From an uncultured Candidatus Saccharibacteria bacterium (lineage in GTDB: Bacteria > Patescibacteriota > Andersenbacteria > UBA10190), in assembly GCA_964373855.1 (NCBI GenBank), contig CAYJWL010000001.1, positions 1-51,131 on the forward strand: a DNA stretch of 51,131 nucleotides, read 5' to 3'. Numbering within the stretch: the stretch's first letter is position 1; each line of letters opens with the position of its first letter. The position numbers and the translations under genes were made by a program. Below are positions 33,131 through 43,293 of the stretch, piece after piece. The notes under the pieces are model-generated. The model saw nothing but the letters and a program-made list of their open reading frames with translations. It made no database searches and was not told the origin of the DNA.

Positions 33131-34302
33131 AGAGAATAGCCTATATCACGAATGCCAGTCCGCTTTCCGGTGTGGGCAACAGAGCCAGCCATATTGCTCA
33201 TACCATCAGGGGCATGGCTTCTGATATTAGTCTGGCGGACTTTAGGATTGACGGAGCCAAAGGACAGCTGTCTCAAGGGAATACAGTAATACGTAGTGTT
33301 AAAAAATGGCCGGCAGTACTGGGCAGCAAGAGCATTAATTGGTGGCGGCTAGGCAGACAGCTTACGAAGCACCTCAGGCATTTAGATACGCCATCCTTCG
33401 ATATGTACCATGCGACGAATCAATCTTTGAGTTGGCTGGCGCATAGTCTATCCCCGGCAATCGTCACCGTTCATGATCTCATTGAGATACTAGAGCCGCA
33501 AGACGCTATGGCGGCACTCGTAAACCAATTCTTGTACAGCGGGATTACAAAAGCATCGCATATTATTGCCGTCTCTGAATATACCAAGCAAACTTTACTG
33601 GCAGCTTATGATATCAGCAGTGAGCATATTACGGTTATACCTAACGGGGTAGATGCCACCTTTCATCCTATCCCTGACTTCCGCGCCTCGATCGGTTACA
33701 GAGAGCTTCTTAGGGCGCTTAGACTTCCGGCCAAGGCCGGCCCGATTGTGCTCTATGTTGGTTCAGATCATCCTCGAAAGAACCTGACAACGCTGATAAC
33801 GGCATTTGCCAAATTGCTGCAAGCCGAACCGTCAGCCGTGTTAATCAAAGTGGGAGCGCCGGGCCGGCCGCAGGGTAGAAAGCAGTTTTTGGAGAATATT
33901 GATGCGGCCGGAATCCGCCACTGTGTCACGTTTGTTAATAAAGTTGGTAGCGAAGCGGGGCTTAATGAATTTTATAATCTGGCTGATATAGTTGTTTTCC
34001 CCTCGCGTTTTGAGGGGTTTGGGTTGCCTCCATTACAGGCCATGGCGGCTGGGACGCCGGTGGTTTGTTCAAATGCTACTTCCCTGCCGGAGGTGGTGGG
34101 CGACAATGGCAAGTATGGTGAGCAGGCTGCATTAGTATGTGATCCGGATGATATTGACTGCTTTGCGAAAAGTATAAAAAAGGCTGTGAGCGATGCTAGT
34201 ACAGCAGCCAATTTACGCAGGCAGGGAATTGAACGAGCTAAACAATTCTCATGGAAAAAAGCAGCCAACGCTGAACTGGCCGTGTACCGACAATTGCTAT
34301 GA
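33127..34302 (+). CDS. GT4 family glycosyltransferase (tandem paralog of the preceding gene)
   Basis: ATGA overlap at 33127-33130. Contains EGFGLPPLQAMAAGTPVVCSN and the C-terminus FSWKKAANAELAVYRQLL. Confidence 0.75.
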   Translation: MKRIAYITNASPLSGVGNRASHIAHTIRGMASDISLADFRIDGAKGQLSQGNTVIRSVKKWPAVLGSKSINWWRLGRQLTKHLRHLDTPSFDMYHATNQSLSWLAHSLSPAIVTVHDLIEILEPQDAMAALVNQFLYSGITKASHIIAVSEYTKQTLLAAYDISSEHITVIPNGVDATFHPIPDFRASIGYRELLRALRLPAKAGPIVLYVGSDHPRKNLTTLITAFAKLLQAEPSAVLIKVGAPGRPQGRKQFLENIDAAGIRHCVTFVNKVGSEAGLNEFYNLADIVVFPSRFEGFGLPPLQAMAAGTPVVCSNATSLPEVVGDNGKYGEQAALVCDPDDIDCFAKSIKKAVSDASTAANLRRQGIERAKQFSWKKAANAELAVYRQLL

Positions 34303-35525
34303 AGATTTTGTTTTTGTCTGGTCACTACCCGCCAGCAACTAGCGGGGGAGGCGAGATCTCGACTCATCTTATTGCGCAAGGCTTGGCTGCCGCCGGACAC
34401 GATCTTCACGTTGTTACTGAAGGTACTGTGCCAGAGATCGAGAACATTAACGATGTGGCCGTGATGCGGCTGCCGCTGTCATTTACAGCCAAACCGTTAT
34501 TAGAACAACGCCACGCTCGGCGAATTGCTAAAGGCTTAAAGGCGAGCGTCGATTCGTCTCAATTCGATATTATTCATGCCCATGACTTTCGCACAATTGT
34601 AGTATTAGCTGAATGGGAAGCGATTAGTACAAAAACAGGCTGGCCCAAGACAGTTATTACAATCCGTGATTACGCCCAGATATCTGGAGATACCAATTAT
34701 TTGCTGCGCGATGGATCGATTCCTGATCAGCCGCTGTCTTGGTCCGCTAATTTGCGATCAAACAGGATTGCCGAGGCATCGCTGTGGCGCAAGCCGTTCC
34801 GGGCTTGGCAATATTTGTTTAACCTACCGTATCGATATCGAACATTTAGCTTGTTTAAAAACCAGATTTTTATTTCTGAAGCGCTGCGCAAGGAAATTGG
34901 CCAGCATCGTGATTTGAGCAATATCAACACCGCAGTTATCTATAATCCTGTGGCGCCAGAATATATAGAAAAGCCACTGCGTGAAGGGAAGCCTCATGAA
35001 GTGCTGTACGTCGGACGGGTGGAGATGTATAAAGGCGTGGGATTGCTGCTCGGGGCGTGGCAAAATGTCATGCAGAATGTGCGTGATGCCCATCTGACAC
35101 TAGTTGGTCGCGGAGCACAGAAGCATCAATATGAGCAGCTGGTTGATTCGCTGCGGATGAGCCGCAACGTCACGTTCATCGACCATGTGCCGTATGAAAA
35201 AATGATTGATTACTATGATGAATCCTCTATTGTAGTTTCGCCGCACCTGTGGCTTGAGCCATTCGGCAGAACAGTGATCGAGGGAATGGCGCGCGGGAAG
35301 ATTGTGGTAGCCGCAGATGCGGGCGGCCCGGGAGAAATAATTGAGCAGGGCCAGACCGGCTTTTTGTTTGCCCGGGGATCACACGAAGATTTAGCCCGCT
35401 CTCTCCTTGGTGCTCTTCGATTAGAGGCGCAGAGACGGCACAGTATTTCTACGACAGCGCGTATGTGGCTCAAGCAGATCATGTCTTCCCCGGCGCGCCA
35501 TGAGAAATTCTACAACGCTCTGTAA
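34299..35525 (+). CDS. GT4 family glycosyltransferase
   Basis: ATGA overlap at 34299-34302. Contains KILFLSGHYPPATSGGGEIS and EPFGRTVIEGMARGKIVVAADAGGPGEII. Confidence 0.75.
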   Translation: MKILFLSGHYPPATSGGGEISTHLIAQGLAAAGHDLHVVTEGTVPEIENINDVAVMRLPLSFTAKPLLEQRHARRIAKGLKASVDSSQFDIIHAHDFRTIVVLAEWEAISTKTGWPKTVITIRDYAQISGDTNYLLRDGSIPDQPLSWSANLRSNRIAEASLWRKPFRAWQYLFNLPYRYRTFSLFKNQIFISEALRKEIGQHRDLSNINTAVIYNPVAPEYIEKPLREGKPHEVLYVGRVEMYKGVGLLLGAWQNVMQNVRDAHLTLVGRGAQKHQYEQLVDSLRMSRNVTFIDHVPYEKMIDYYDESSIVVSPHLWLEPFGRTVIEGMARGKIVVAADAGGPGEIIEQGQTGFLFARGSHEDLARSLLGALRLEAQRRHSISTTARMWLKQIMSSPARHEKFYNAL

Positions 35526-35538
35526 GGGACACTGTCTA

Positions 35539-36645
35539 TCAAATCGTGCTGGTTATTTCTTGGATCACAAGATCTGACGTAATGGCCGTTATGGTGGGAT
35601 GCGGTGTTTGTTTTATGTGATAATTTTTCTCTGTGTCATAGGCCGGCTGGGTTCCTTTAGCGCGAATAACATGTGAGTCAACTCCGCGCGGGCCCGTTTT
35701 TTTCTCATCGGTCGGGCCAAGGAGACCGAAGGTTTTAGCGCCGCTGGCCGCGGCCAGATGCATCAGGCCTGAATCGTTGGACAGCACAAACTGGCATCGT
35801 TTCATGAGACCTGCTGTTGTTAGAAGATTTGTAGAAATAACGGAGGCGTGGGGCTTGAGCTGATGTGAGATAGACAGATTAAGCTGGGTTTCTGCCGGAC
35901 CGCCAAAAAGCAATATGTGGGCATTTAATGTTGCAATAAAGTGATTTGCTGCGGCGATAAAGTTTTCTGCCGGCCATCGCTTCCAAAGGAAATCCGGGGC
36001 CGAGCCGGCATGGATGCCAATCAAAGATTTTCCGCGTGTTACTTTGAGGGTAGACAGCAGCTGCATGGCTTCCTGATCATGAGCAGTGGGAATTGAGAGG
36101 CGGTAGTTGACCCGCCAGGCCAGAGGGTCCGCTCCTTGCGCGTGAGCTTCGCAGTCGCCGGCCGTGTTTTGGCGGATAGTTGGTAGCTGATCGGTGATGC
36201 CGAGCGGTTCCAGCAAGCGAATATTTTGCTCTATATCATGAAGATCCCGCTGTTCGTCAACCGGATGCGTCAGTAAAAAACCGCTGCGTGGGTTACAGCG
36301 GAATGGATATGTATTGCCGATACGCTGGGGTATATTTGCCAGCCATACATAGGCGGCGCTCTTAAAAAGCTGTCCGGGTGACAAGACAATGCCAACATCA
36401 AACCCCATACGATTTAACGTATATGTCAATCGGATATGTTCGAGAGGTGTGGCTTTGGGAGGCGCCTCAATGACATCATCAACATGCGGATCGTTTTCGG
36501 CCAGCTCTTTTGTTCCGCGCGGCGCTACCCACACAGTCACATGCCAATCGGGCTTATTTTTCTTGAGCAAGGCTATGGTCGGAGACTGCATCAGATAATT
36601 TCCAATGCCCGCCAGGCTTACTAATAATACTTTTCTTACCGGCAT
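35539..36645 (-). CDS. GT9 family (heptosyltransferase-like) glycosyltransferase
   Basis: Contains VLLVSLAGIGNYLMQSPTIALLKK and SNDSGLMHLAAASGAKTFGLLGPT. Confidence 0.7.
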   Translation of the reverse strand: MPVRKVLLVSLAGIGNYLMQSPTIALLKKNKPDWHVTVWVAPRGTKELAENDPHVDDVIEAPPKATPLEHIRLTYTLNRMGFDVGIVLSPGQLFKSAAYVWLANIPQRIGNTYPFRCNPRSGFLLTHPVDEQRDLHDIEQNIRLLEPLGITDQLPTIRQNTAGDCEAHAQGADPLAWRVNYRLSIPTAHDQEAMQLLSTLKVTRGKSLIGIHAGSAPDFLWKRWPAENFIAAANHFIATLNAHILLFGGPAETQLNLSISHQLKPHASVISTNLLTTAGLMKRCQFVLSNDSGLMHLAAASGAKTFGLLGPTDEKKTGPRGVDSHVIRAKGTQPAYDTEKNYHIKQTPHPTITAITSDLVIQEITSTI

Positions 36646-36730
36646 AGACTGTGCACACTATACATATTAGGCTGGAATCACTGGCCTTACGTCTGATCCT
36701 TGCAAAATCAAATTACTAAAGGGATAAAAA

Positions 36731-37198
36731 ATGTCATGGTCCCTAAACGTATCGTACTATAATACCGTCATTGAGTGGCTGCATTTACAACCGGTGAAAT
36801 TTTGGCTCGATCTAGAGACTGACATTCTGTGTAACACGACTTATCGCCGCCAGCTAAGAGACGGCCCAAAACTCATTGATGCGGCTATGAATCTTGGACC
36901 ATTTACGATGGACGTGACACAATCGCTGAGGGCAATCAGTGAGGCAACGCGCTGCGTTATCACTTGCGTCTGCCACCAAGTTAAAGCTCGCGGTCAACAC
37001 GGAATGAAGTTAGCAGCCACCGCCACGGCGGTGCCTGACGCAGCCGAATGGATGGTTCTGGCGAACACTGCTCTTCTCTTAGGGATCGCTGGCGCTTTAC
37101 CGCAATCGGAAATTAAAAAATGGTGGGATGTTATTTTCAAACTGCCATGCAAAGAGCCGGGGATAATTGAACGCCTAATCAACTCCGCTCCTGCCTAG
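36731..37198 (+). CDS. hypothetical protein (155 aa), family not recognised
   Basis: It is the only sizeable ORF filling the gap between two minus-strand genes. AAGGGA lies upstream. Its stop overlaps the stop of the convergent gene (CTAG at 37195-37198). It contains a Cys-rich stretch, CVITCVCH. Confidence 0.4.
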   Translation: MSWSLNVSYYNTVIEWLHLQPVKFWLDLETDILCNTTYRRQLRDGPKLIDAAMNLGPFTMDVTQSLRAISEATRCVITCVCHQVKARGQHGMKLAATATAVPDAAEWMVLANTALLLGIAGALPQSEIKKWWDVIFKLPCKEPGIIERLINSAPA

Positions 37199-38364
37199 CT
37201 CTGCCGCGCCTGAAGCCTTCCCTGATCGTACTCACTATACAGTGCGATCAGTTTTTTTATATTTTTATCCCACGAAAATGATGCGGCGACGTGTGACTGT
37301 CCGGCCGCGGCCAGTTTCCTGCCCAGCTCGGAGTTATCTAATAGCGCGGCCACATGTTTGATTAACTCCCGATTATTCTTAAATAGCAGTCCGGCCTGGG
37401 CATGAGGAACAACGAACGGGAGGGCGGCTACATTTCGTGCAACCACGGGCAGAGCACTGGCTAGAGCCTCGGCGGGAACTATACCAAAGGTTTCATGCCA
37501 GGTTGGGTGGATAAGAACAGTCGCGTGCTGATAGGCACCGATGAGCTCTGTGTCAGACAGTTTCCCCAGGAAATAAACACTATTGGCGAGGCCGGCCCGT
37601 TGTGCCTGCTGTTGCAGGGCAAATTGCTCACCAAAATCTTCGCCGACAATAACCAGCCCGGCATCATCATGTGTTTTTTTGATCTCAACAAGTGCCCTAA
37701 TGGCGTCAGAAATTCCTTTCCCCTTAGATAAACGAGATACTGTCAATAAAATTCTTCCCGGTATCCCTCGTTGCCTAAATGGATTTTGTCTTGTAACCGA
37801 ATAACGGGGGACGTCTATGCCCGGCGGAATGAGCTCAAACCTTTTGACTGTAAAGCCGTCCTGCTCGATGAGCCGTTGCTCGTAAGGTGAAATAGTCACA
37901 ACCACATCTGCCGCGGCAAATGTTATATTGCCAATCACCTGTTTATACAACTGCCATATTAATTTTTTTCTGGTGGCGTGGTTGTAGTAGATAGGGTGGA
38001 AGATAAAGGGAATGTGGTAACGTCTGGCAAACCGGGCAGCGACGTCTGCCGGCTGATACCAAAAGCTATAGGCGTGCACTATGTCAGGCTGGTGGTGTCC
38101 GAGGTAATACGACAGCGCTTGCAAACGAGGATACGAGACAAAAGGTGTGACAGCATGGTGCAGGCGTTGCACATATATGGGGTCATCCAGCAGCAGATTT
38201 GGATCCAGCAAAGAAACAGGCCCATGAGTGCGCATTGAACTTGTCAGCACGCGCACATCGCGGCCCGCATCAATCGCATACGTTCGCTGTACAATTTCCT
38301 GAATATAGCTTTCCGCGCCGCCTGTTGCCGGGGGATATCGCAGACAAGCATGAACAATCCGCAT
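37195..38364 (-). CDS. GT4 family glycosyltransferase
   Basis: Contains RIVHACLRYPPATGGAESY and HETFGIVPAEALASALPVVA. Confidence 0.75.
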   Translation of the reverse strand: MRIVHACLRYPPATGGAESYIQEIVQRTYAIDAGRDVRVLTSSMRTHGPVSLLDPNLLLDDPIYVQRLHHAVTPFVSYPRLQALSYYLGHHQPDIVHAYSFWYQPADVAARFARRYHIPFIFHPIYYNHATRKKLIWQLYKQVIGNITFAAADVVVTISPYEQRLIEQDGFTVKRFELIPPGIDVPRYSVTRQNPFRQRGIPGRILLTVSRLSKGKGISDAIRALVEIKKTHDDAGLVIVGEDFGEQFALQQQAQRAGLANSVYFLGKLSDTELIGAYQHATVLIHPTWHETFGIVPAEALASALPVVARNVAALPFVVPHAQAGLLFKNNRELIKHVAALLDNSELGRKLAAAGQSHVAASFSWDKNIKKLIALYSEYDQGRLQARQS

Positions 38365-38368
38365 ATGA

Positions 38369-39187
38369 TTATTTTACGCTTTTTGCTTTGAGCTTTTGGT
38401 TTGAATTTTTAGCTTCAGCTAAATACTTCCTAGCCATTTCCCACTCATAGTAACTCGACATGATTGACCATACGATGCCTGCCCAACCATCAAGCCAGCC
38501 GCGGCGGAAAAGAAGGAGTTTGGCGCATTGTTTGACCGCCAACAGCCAAGGCAAGAAGGGCGTGGCGCTCACTACCCGGCCTGACCGGTGTTGGCCTGTC
38601 TCTTTCATGCGCCGCGCGTCCAAGCTGGTATAGTGGTGCATTGAGGCCAGATATGAACCAATCGTGGCGTGGGAATAATGTATGAGAGGGCGCGCCAGCA
38701 CGCCCGAGATAGCATCGCCCAGCTTAACAATTTCTCCTGTGTTGGTTTCAAGTTGCTCGTGTACAGGGCTGTCTGTCCAGCGCGCAGCGTCTTTTTTAAA
38801 TAGCCTGGCATTATGACCATAGAGATGTGGCAAAGGCCTGCCTAAGAAAACAGTAATAATTCGCAGCCAATATATGGTATGTGCTGACCGCGAGATGACG
38901 GCTGTTATTTCGTCCGCCAGGCCAGAGGTAATTTCCTCGTCGGCATCAACAAAGAGAACCCATTCCCCGCTGGCGCGGGCTAGTCCATAATTTTTTTGCT
39001 GCCCGTATCCTTGCCAGGCTCGCGTGATAGTTTTATCAGCGTATTTTTCTGCCAGTTGCGCGGTGCTGTCCGTTGTGGCAGCGTCAAGGATAACAATAAT
39101 TTCGTCGCAAAAATGAAGATGTTTAAGACAGTGTGTAATAGTAGCAGCGGCATTTTTGGCGATGACGATAGCAGCCAGCCTGGTCAT
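38369..39187 (-). CDS. GT2 family glycosyltransferase
   Basis: Contains AAIVIAKNAAATI...EIIVILDAATTDST...VLFVDADEE. Confidence 0.7.
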   Translation of the reverse strand: MTRLAAIVIAKNAAATITHCLKHLHFCDEIIVILDAATTDSTAQLAEKYADKTITRAWQGYGQQKNYGLARASGEWVLFVDADEEITSGLADEITAVISRSAHTIYWLRIITVFLGRPLPHLYGHNARLFKKDAARWTDSPVHEQLETNTGEIVKLGDAISGVLARPLIHYSHATIGSYLASMHHYTSLDARRMKETGQHRSGRVVSATPFLPWLLAVKQCAKLLLFRRGWLDGWAGIVWSIMSSYYEWEMARKYLAEAKNSNQKLKAKSVK

Positions 39188-39840
39188 ACCCTGGACGATT
39201 GTACAACCTCCCGGATAGTTCTAACACTGACAGGCAGGCGAGCAATAAACTCCAGGTGTTTTTTTAGGTCACGCGTACGGACTCGGTGCTTAAGAACACC
39301 GTCGTCATCTACCAGGTGATAGGTTTCAATGAGCCAGCTATTAGCCAGGAAAGTCCAGGCCGCCAAAACATTAGCTTTCCAGACGCTAAAATTCCTGATA
39401 GTAAAATTAAACGACTGAAGGCGCATGGGGTCACGCGGCGGAATTGTCTCAAATCCCCTTATCACCGTGCGACCAGCGGTATAATGTGCGCGGGCGGCAT
39501 TCACAACAGTGGTATTGAACGCGCCACCGGGATACACCAGCGTGGTTGCACCCAGTGATTGTGATGGCTCACGGAGTTCACGTTCCAATTCAGCTTGAGA
39601 TATTTTTGTCAAGTCAGTATGATTGACTGAATGGGAGGCTAACTCGTGACCTTCCGCACCCAGGCTAAGCCATTGCGGCCAAGGCTTAATCGCGCTTTCG
39701 CGATTGCGCTGTAAGCGTGAACCATTCAGCGGTAATGCAAAAACTGCATGCAGCCCATTGGCCCGCAATAGAGGGACAGCATTGTCAAAGACGTTCTGGT
39801 AGCCGTCATCGAACACTAACGTGATAACGCCTCGTGTCAT
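39184..39840 (-). CDS. polysaccharide deacetylase (CE4 / NodB homology)
   Basis: Motifs LVFDDGY and ELASHSVNH are present. There are 4-nt overlaps on both sides. Confidence 0.7.
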   Translation of the reverse strand: MTRGVITLVFDDGYQNVFDNAVPLLRANGLHAVFALPLNGSRLQRNRESAIKPWPQWLSLGAEGHELASHSVNHTDLTKISQAELERELREPSQSLGATTLVYPGGAFNTTVVNAARAHYTAGRTVIRGFETIPPRDPMRLQSFNFTIRNFSVWKANVLAAWTFLANSWLIETYHLVDDDGVLKHRVRTRDLKKHLEFIARLPVSVRTIREVVQSSRV

Positions 39841-41021
39841 GTGGTTGCCATACGCTTAATGGCCTGAAGGACTTTACGACCGGCTGTGCCGTCCGTCGTA
39901 GTCATGAGACGCGCGACGGTTTTTTGGCGCGCCGCCTCTGTCGCAGTGCGGTCAGCCAATGATACTTTGAGAGAGGTAATAAGCTGCTGTTTGTTGGTTA
40001 CAACATAGGTTGCTCCGTCACGGATTAAATCCGCATAATGTTCATTAAAGTCCCGATAGACCATCGAGCGATACCACCGCCACCAGTCAAGCGGGCGGCC
40101 GTATCGTACGTTAATGACCGGAGTGCCGGCAACCAGCGATTCAAGTGCGGTACTTGATGAATGGTTCACTAAGACGGCCGCATGTTTAAAAAGAGCTACC
40201 AGCATATAGATGTCAACGTCCTTGGGATTGTAAAGAAAATCTGGATGTGGCGCCTGTGATTGACGGCCGAATGAGTACCGTACTATCACTCCATATTGTT
40301 GCAGGTTGGCATGCTTGGATAATTTTCCTCCGGGGTGAACAGAGGCATATATATATGGCGCCGGGCGGAGATTGTCAGCTGTAATCCACTCACGTATGGC
40401 CGCAACAATATAGTCCATAGGATAAAGCTCCGTTGTTGCCACATGAATGAGAGGACGTGATGCCTGACGCAGATTAAGATACGTATAAAGTTCCTGCTTT
40501 GTCGGTATATTTTCATTGTGCCTAAAATAGTCTAGTCGGGGCGCACCAATAACTGCCACGGCCGCTTCACTCACATGCGGCCAGACTCGAAGCAGGTGCC
40601 GTTTCATGGTAGTGTTCCAAACAATAAAAAAATCAGCGGGTACTGTCGGTTGCCGTCGTCGAACCATCCGCTCAATTTTCCAGACGTTATCCCAGCTGGC
40701 TATAAATGTCAGAGTTTTTATATTCAGTTTCTGGGCGGCTACAAGAAGGGGATAGTCGAGTGGATCATGGCCCACTGTGTTGGTCACGACGATATCGGCC
40801 GGCTGCAGAGTCAGTAATTTCTCGTACCCTGCTTCTGTGTCGGGATTTTGGACGAATGAAAATTTATGGGAGAAGTTACTAAATAACTCTGCCCGGTGCG
40901 GCGCGGCCGGGGTAAGGCATATTACTTCCGTGATCATGGCATCGGCTTCTAAAGCTGCACGGAGGGGCAGAACTAACTCACGTAAGTGATATCCTGTGGG
41001 GACCGAAAATAATATTTTCAT
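39837..41021 (-). CDS. GT-B-fold glycosyltransferase-like protein, divergent
   Basis: 394 aa. The C-terminal half contains VNHSSSTALESLVAGTPVINV, resembling the GT-B donor-binding region. The family is not assignable by eye. Confidence 0.45.
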   Translation of the reverse strand: MKILFSVPTGYHLRELVLPLRAALEADAMITEVICLTPAAPHRAELFSNFSHKFSFVQNPDTEAGYEKLLTLQPADIVVTNTVGHDPLDYPLLVAAQKLNIKTLTFIASWDNVWKIERMVRRRQPTVPADFFIVWNTTMKRHLLRVWPHVSEAAVAVIGAPRLDYFRHNENIPTKQELYTYLNLRQASRPLIHVATTELYPMDYIVAAIREWITADNLRPAPYIYASVHPGGKLSKHANLQQYGVIVRYSFGRQSQAPHPDFLYNPKDVDIYMLVALFKHAAVLVNHSSSTALESLVAGTPVINVRYGRPLDWWRWYRSMVYRDFNEHYADLIRDGATYVVTNKQQLITSLKVSLADRTATEAARQKTVARLMTTTDGTAGRKVLQAIKRMATT

Positions 41022-43255
41022 TCTGGTGGGTGGATGTATAAGGAGGAGCGCCGCGGTTCTTGCCCTCGTACCGCCACCATGACATAGATGGCGGTTGCAA
41101 GTAAAGAAATTACCAGTCCAACATGTAGGTTGACAGGGGTGTACACCATATCCACCTGGTGATTACCGGCGGCGAGATTAATTTGTCTGAACAGATTATT
41201 TGATCTGATAATGGCGGCTGGCACTCCATCCACCGTTGCTAGCCAGCCTGGATACCATGTATCCCGGACAACAAGCGCAGTTGGCTGATTGGCCGAGGTG
41301 GCCACAAGCGTATGCCGCGGGGACAGCTCTTGATAATGTGCCGCACCCAAGGATTTTCCAGCCGCGTCTACTAGTTCGGCTCGCGGCCGCGCCGCCATAC
41401 TCTCGATTTTGACCGGCTCGCCCTCTGTCGCGCGGACAATGGCGCCAACATTTATTTCCTGCAACAGGGCTGCATCAGCCACGTCATAGTCATTGCCACC
41501 GCGCAGTCTATCGAGAGTATCTAACTGTGCTGGTAGCGGCAGGGAGGCCGGCCACTCTATGCCCGGTATATTGAATTGGGCATCGATCAGAGGTACCAGT
41601 GCGACTGATAGCAACTGACGTAATTCATTGTTGGCGCGAGACTCGGGATTTGTAAAAAATGCGCCCGTATCCCCGCCGCTGCGGACTGTATATATACGCG
41701 CCTGCTTTTCACGTACCGCTTGGGGCAGCCGCGCTACAGAAGAGGGCTGCGTTAATATCTCCGACCAAGTGATGTTCGGCGTCGCCGTAGCGGCATGGAC
41801 TACAAGTTCAACGGACGCCAGTACTAGGAGAACCCGATGACCACGGCGGGTTACCACCAGGGCGGGCAGGGCGCCAATAATGACTACCCCAAGAATCGTA
41901 TACGGTGATCGTAAGCTCACTGTCGTCTCTCTGGCGCTCTCTAGCATGCTTGATAGCTTACGCGTATAATATGGATCGACAGTCAACGCCTTGAGCGCGG
42001 GGATTCTTAAGACGGCAGTTTGTATTAGTTGTTCATTGCCTTGTTTGTGCAGAAATATATTAGCGGCGATGACGCCGGTAAGCGTTACTACTCCAAACCA
42101 AACCGTTACCCGGCGTGCCCGGTGAGTCACGAGAGGTAGTATTTCATATCCGATTGCCGCCAGCACAGACAGCGAAGCTGAAGAAAAGAGCAACCAGCGG
42201 GCCGGCGCGGAAAATATCCAAAGGCTGGGTTCCAGTCCAATCAGACGCCAGGGCGACAGTGAGCCCAGCGCCAAGCTAAAACTAATTGGCAGCAGCCAAG
42301 CGAAGAAGCGCCAATGAAGGTAATACGGCTGGAAACGGAAATTCTGCCGTGATATGAATGCCACCCCGGCCAGCACTAAAGGTATGATACCGATGTAAAA
42401 TCCGTACTCTACTTCCAGACGCTTGCCCCAATACGTATCATCTGATCCGTAGAAGCGGGGGAAAACCAGGGTGGGTAAATGGTACAATGGGTAACTGTGC
42501 TGGTTCGCCTGTTCTAAATCAAAACCACCTGTGCCGGCACGGGATGACTGCATATAAAGTTCAACCGTAGGAAAAATTTGGGCGGCTGCCACCAGAGCTG
42601 AACCAACAGCCACCATCAGGAGGATGCGTACATTTTTTAATACAGTCTGCTTTCTAATTCGTTTCAGATAGAGAAAATAAAGGCCGGATACCACAGCCAT
42701 AAGGAAGGGAATCTGAAATTGTCCGACCAAAAACGGGCCGGCAAAACACAAAGACAGTATCGCAATCTGCCGTGCAGTAATACGGTCTGTTTCAGCAATT
42801 TTTCTGACAGCCAGAAGCTGCCACGGGAACCACGACAAGGCCAAGATGATGTTTAGATGGTATAAGTGCTGCCAAAGGAAGGCGCCAAAGGTGAAAGTGA
42901 GGCCGCCGACATAAGCGGCGCCAGAACGCAATCCGATCGACCGGACATACTGGTAGAAGCCCACTCCCGATGCGGCAACGTGCAGCACAATAACGACCGG
43001 GAGATATATAAATATTGGGAAAAGAAGCCGGCCAAGAAGCAAGGGAGGATAGAAGAAACCAATCTGACCGGAAGCTAGAACTGGAAATCCCCAAGCCACA
43101 TCGGGGTGCCAGGCAGGCAAAGCGCCAGAGCGCAGTTGCTGCTGATAGAACAATTCAAGCGGAATGAACACATCGCGCATATCACTGACCGCATAAAATT
43201 TCCCTTGCCAGAGTGGGTAGAAGGCGATAGCGAGCGCTATCCCAAATAAGAGCAT
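41018..43255 (-). CDS. YfhO-like polytopic membrane protein (GT-C candidate), paralog 3
   Basis: Contains YPLWQGKFYAVSDMRDVFIPLELFYQQQLRSGALPAWHPDVAWGFPVLASGQIGFFYPP. The start is uncertain: ATG at 43255, or GTG at 43288, which lies 5 nt after the upstream stop. The track start at 43426 overlaps the upstream gene by 133 nt. Confidence 0.6.
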   Translation of the reverse strand: MLLFGIALAIAFYPLWQGKFYAVSDMRDVFIPLELFYQQQLRSGALPAWHPDVAWGFPVLASGQIGFFYPPLLLGRLLFPIFIYLPVVIVLHVAASGVGFYQYVRSIGLRSGAAYVGGLTFTFGAFLWQHLYHLNIILALSWFPWQLLAVRKIAETDRITARQIAILSLCFAGPFLVGQFQIPFLMAVVSGLYFLYLKRIRKQTVLKNVRILLMVAVGSALVAAAQIFPTVELYMQSSRAGTGGFDLEQANQHSYPLYHLPTLVFPRFYGSDDTYWGKRLEVEYGFYIGIIPLVLAGVAFISRQNFRFQPYYLHWRFFAWLLPISFSLALGSLSPWRLIGLEPSLWIFSAPARWLLFSSASLSVLAAIGYEILPLVTHRARRVTVWFGVVTLTGVIAANIFLHKQGNEQLIQTAVLRIPALKALTVDPYYTRKLSSMLESARETTVSLRSPYTILGVVIIGALPALVVTRRGHRVLLVLASVELVVHAATATPNITWSEILTQPSSVARLPQAVREKQARIYTVRSGGDTGAFFTNPESRANNELRQLLSVALVPLIDAQFNIPGIEWPASLPLPAQLDTLDRLRGGNDYDVADAALLQEINVGAIVRATEGEPVKIESMAARPRAELVDAAGKSLGAAHYQELSPRHTLVATSANQPTALVVRDTWYPGWLATVDGVPAAIIRSNNLFRQINLAAGNHQVDMVYTPVNLHVGLVISLLATAIYVMVAVRGQEPRRSSLYIHPPE

Positions 43256-43293
43256 TAGATGGGATGGCCCTTTTATATGTAGCAACACATTGA

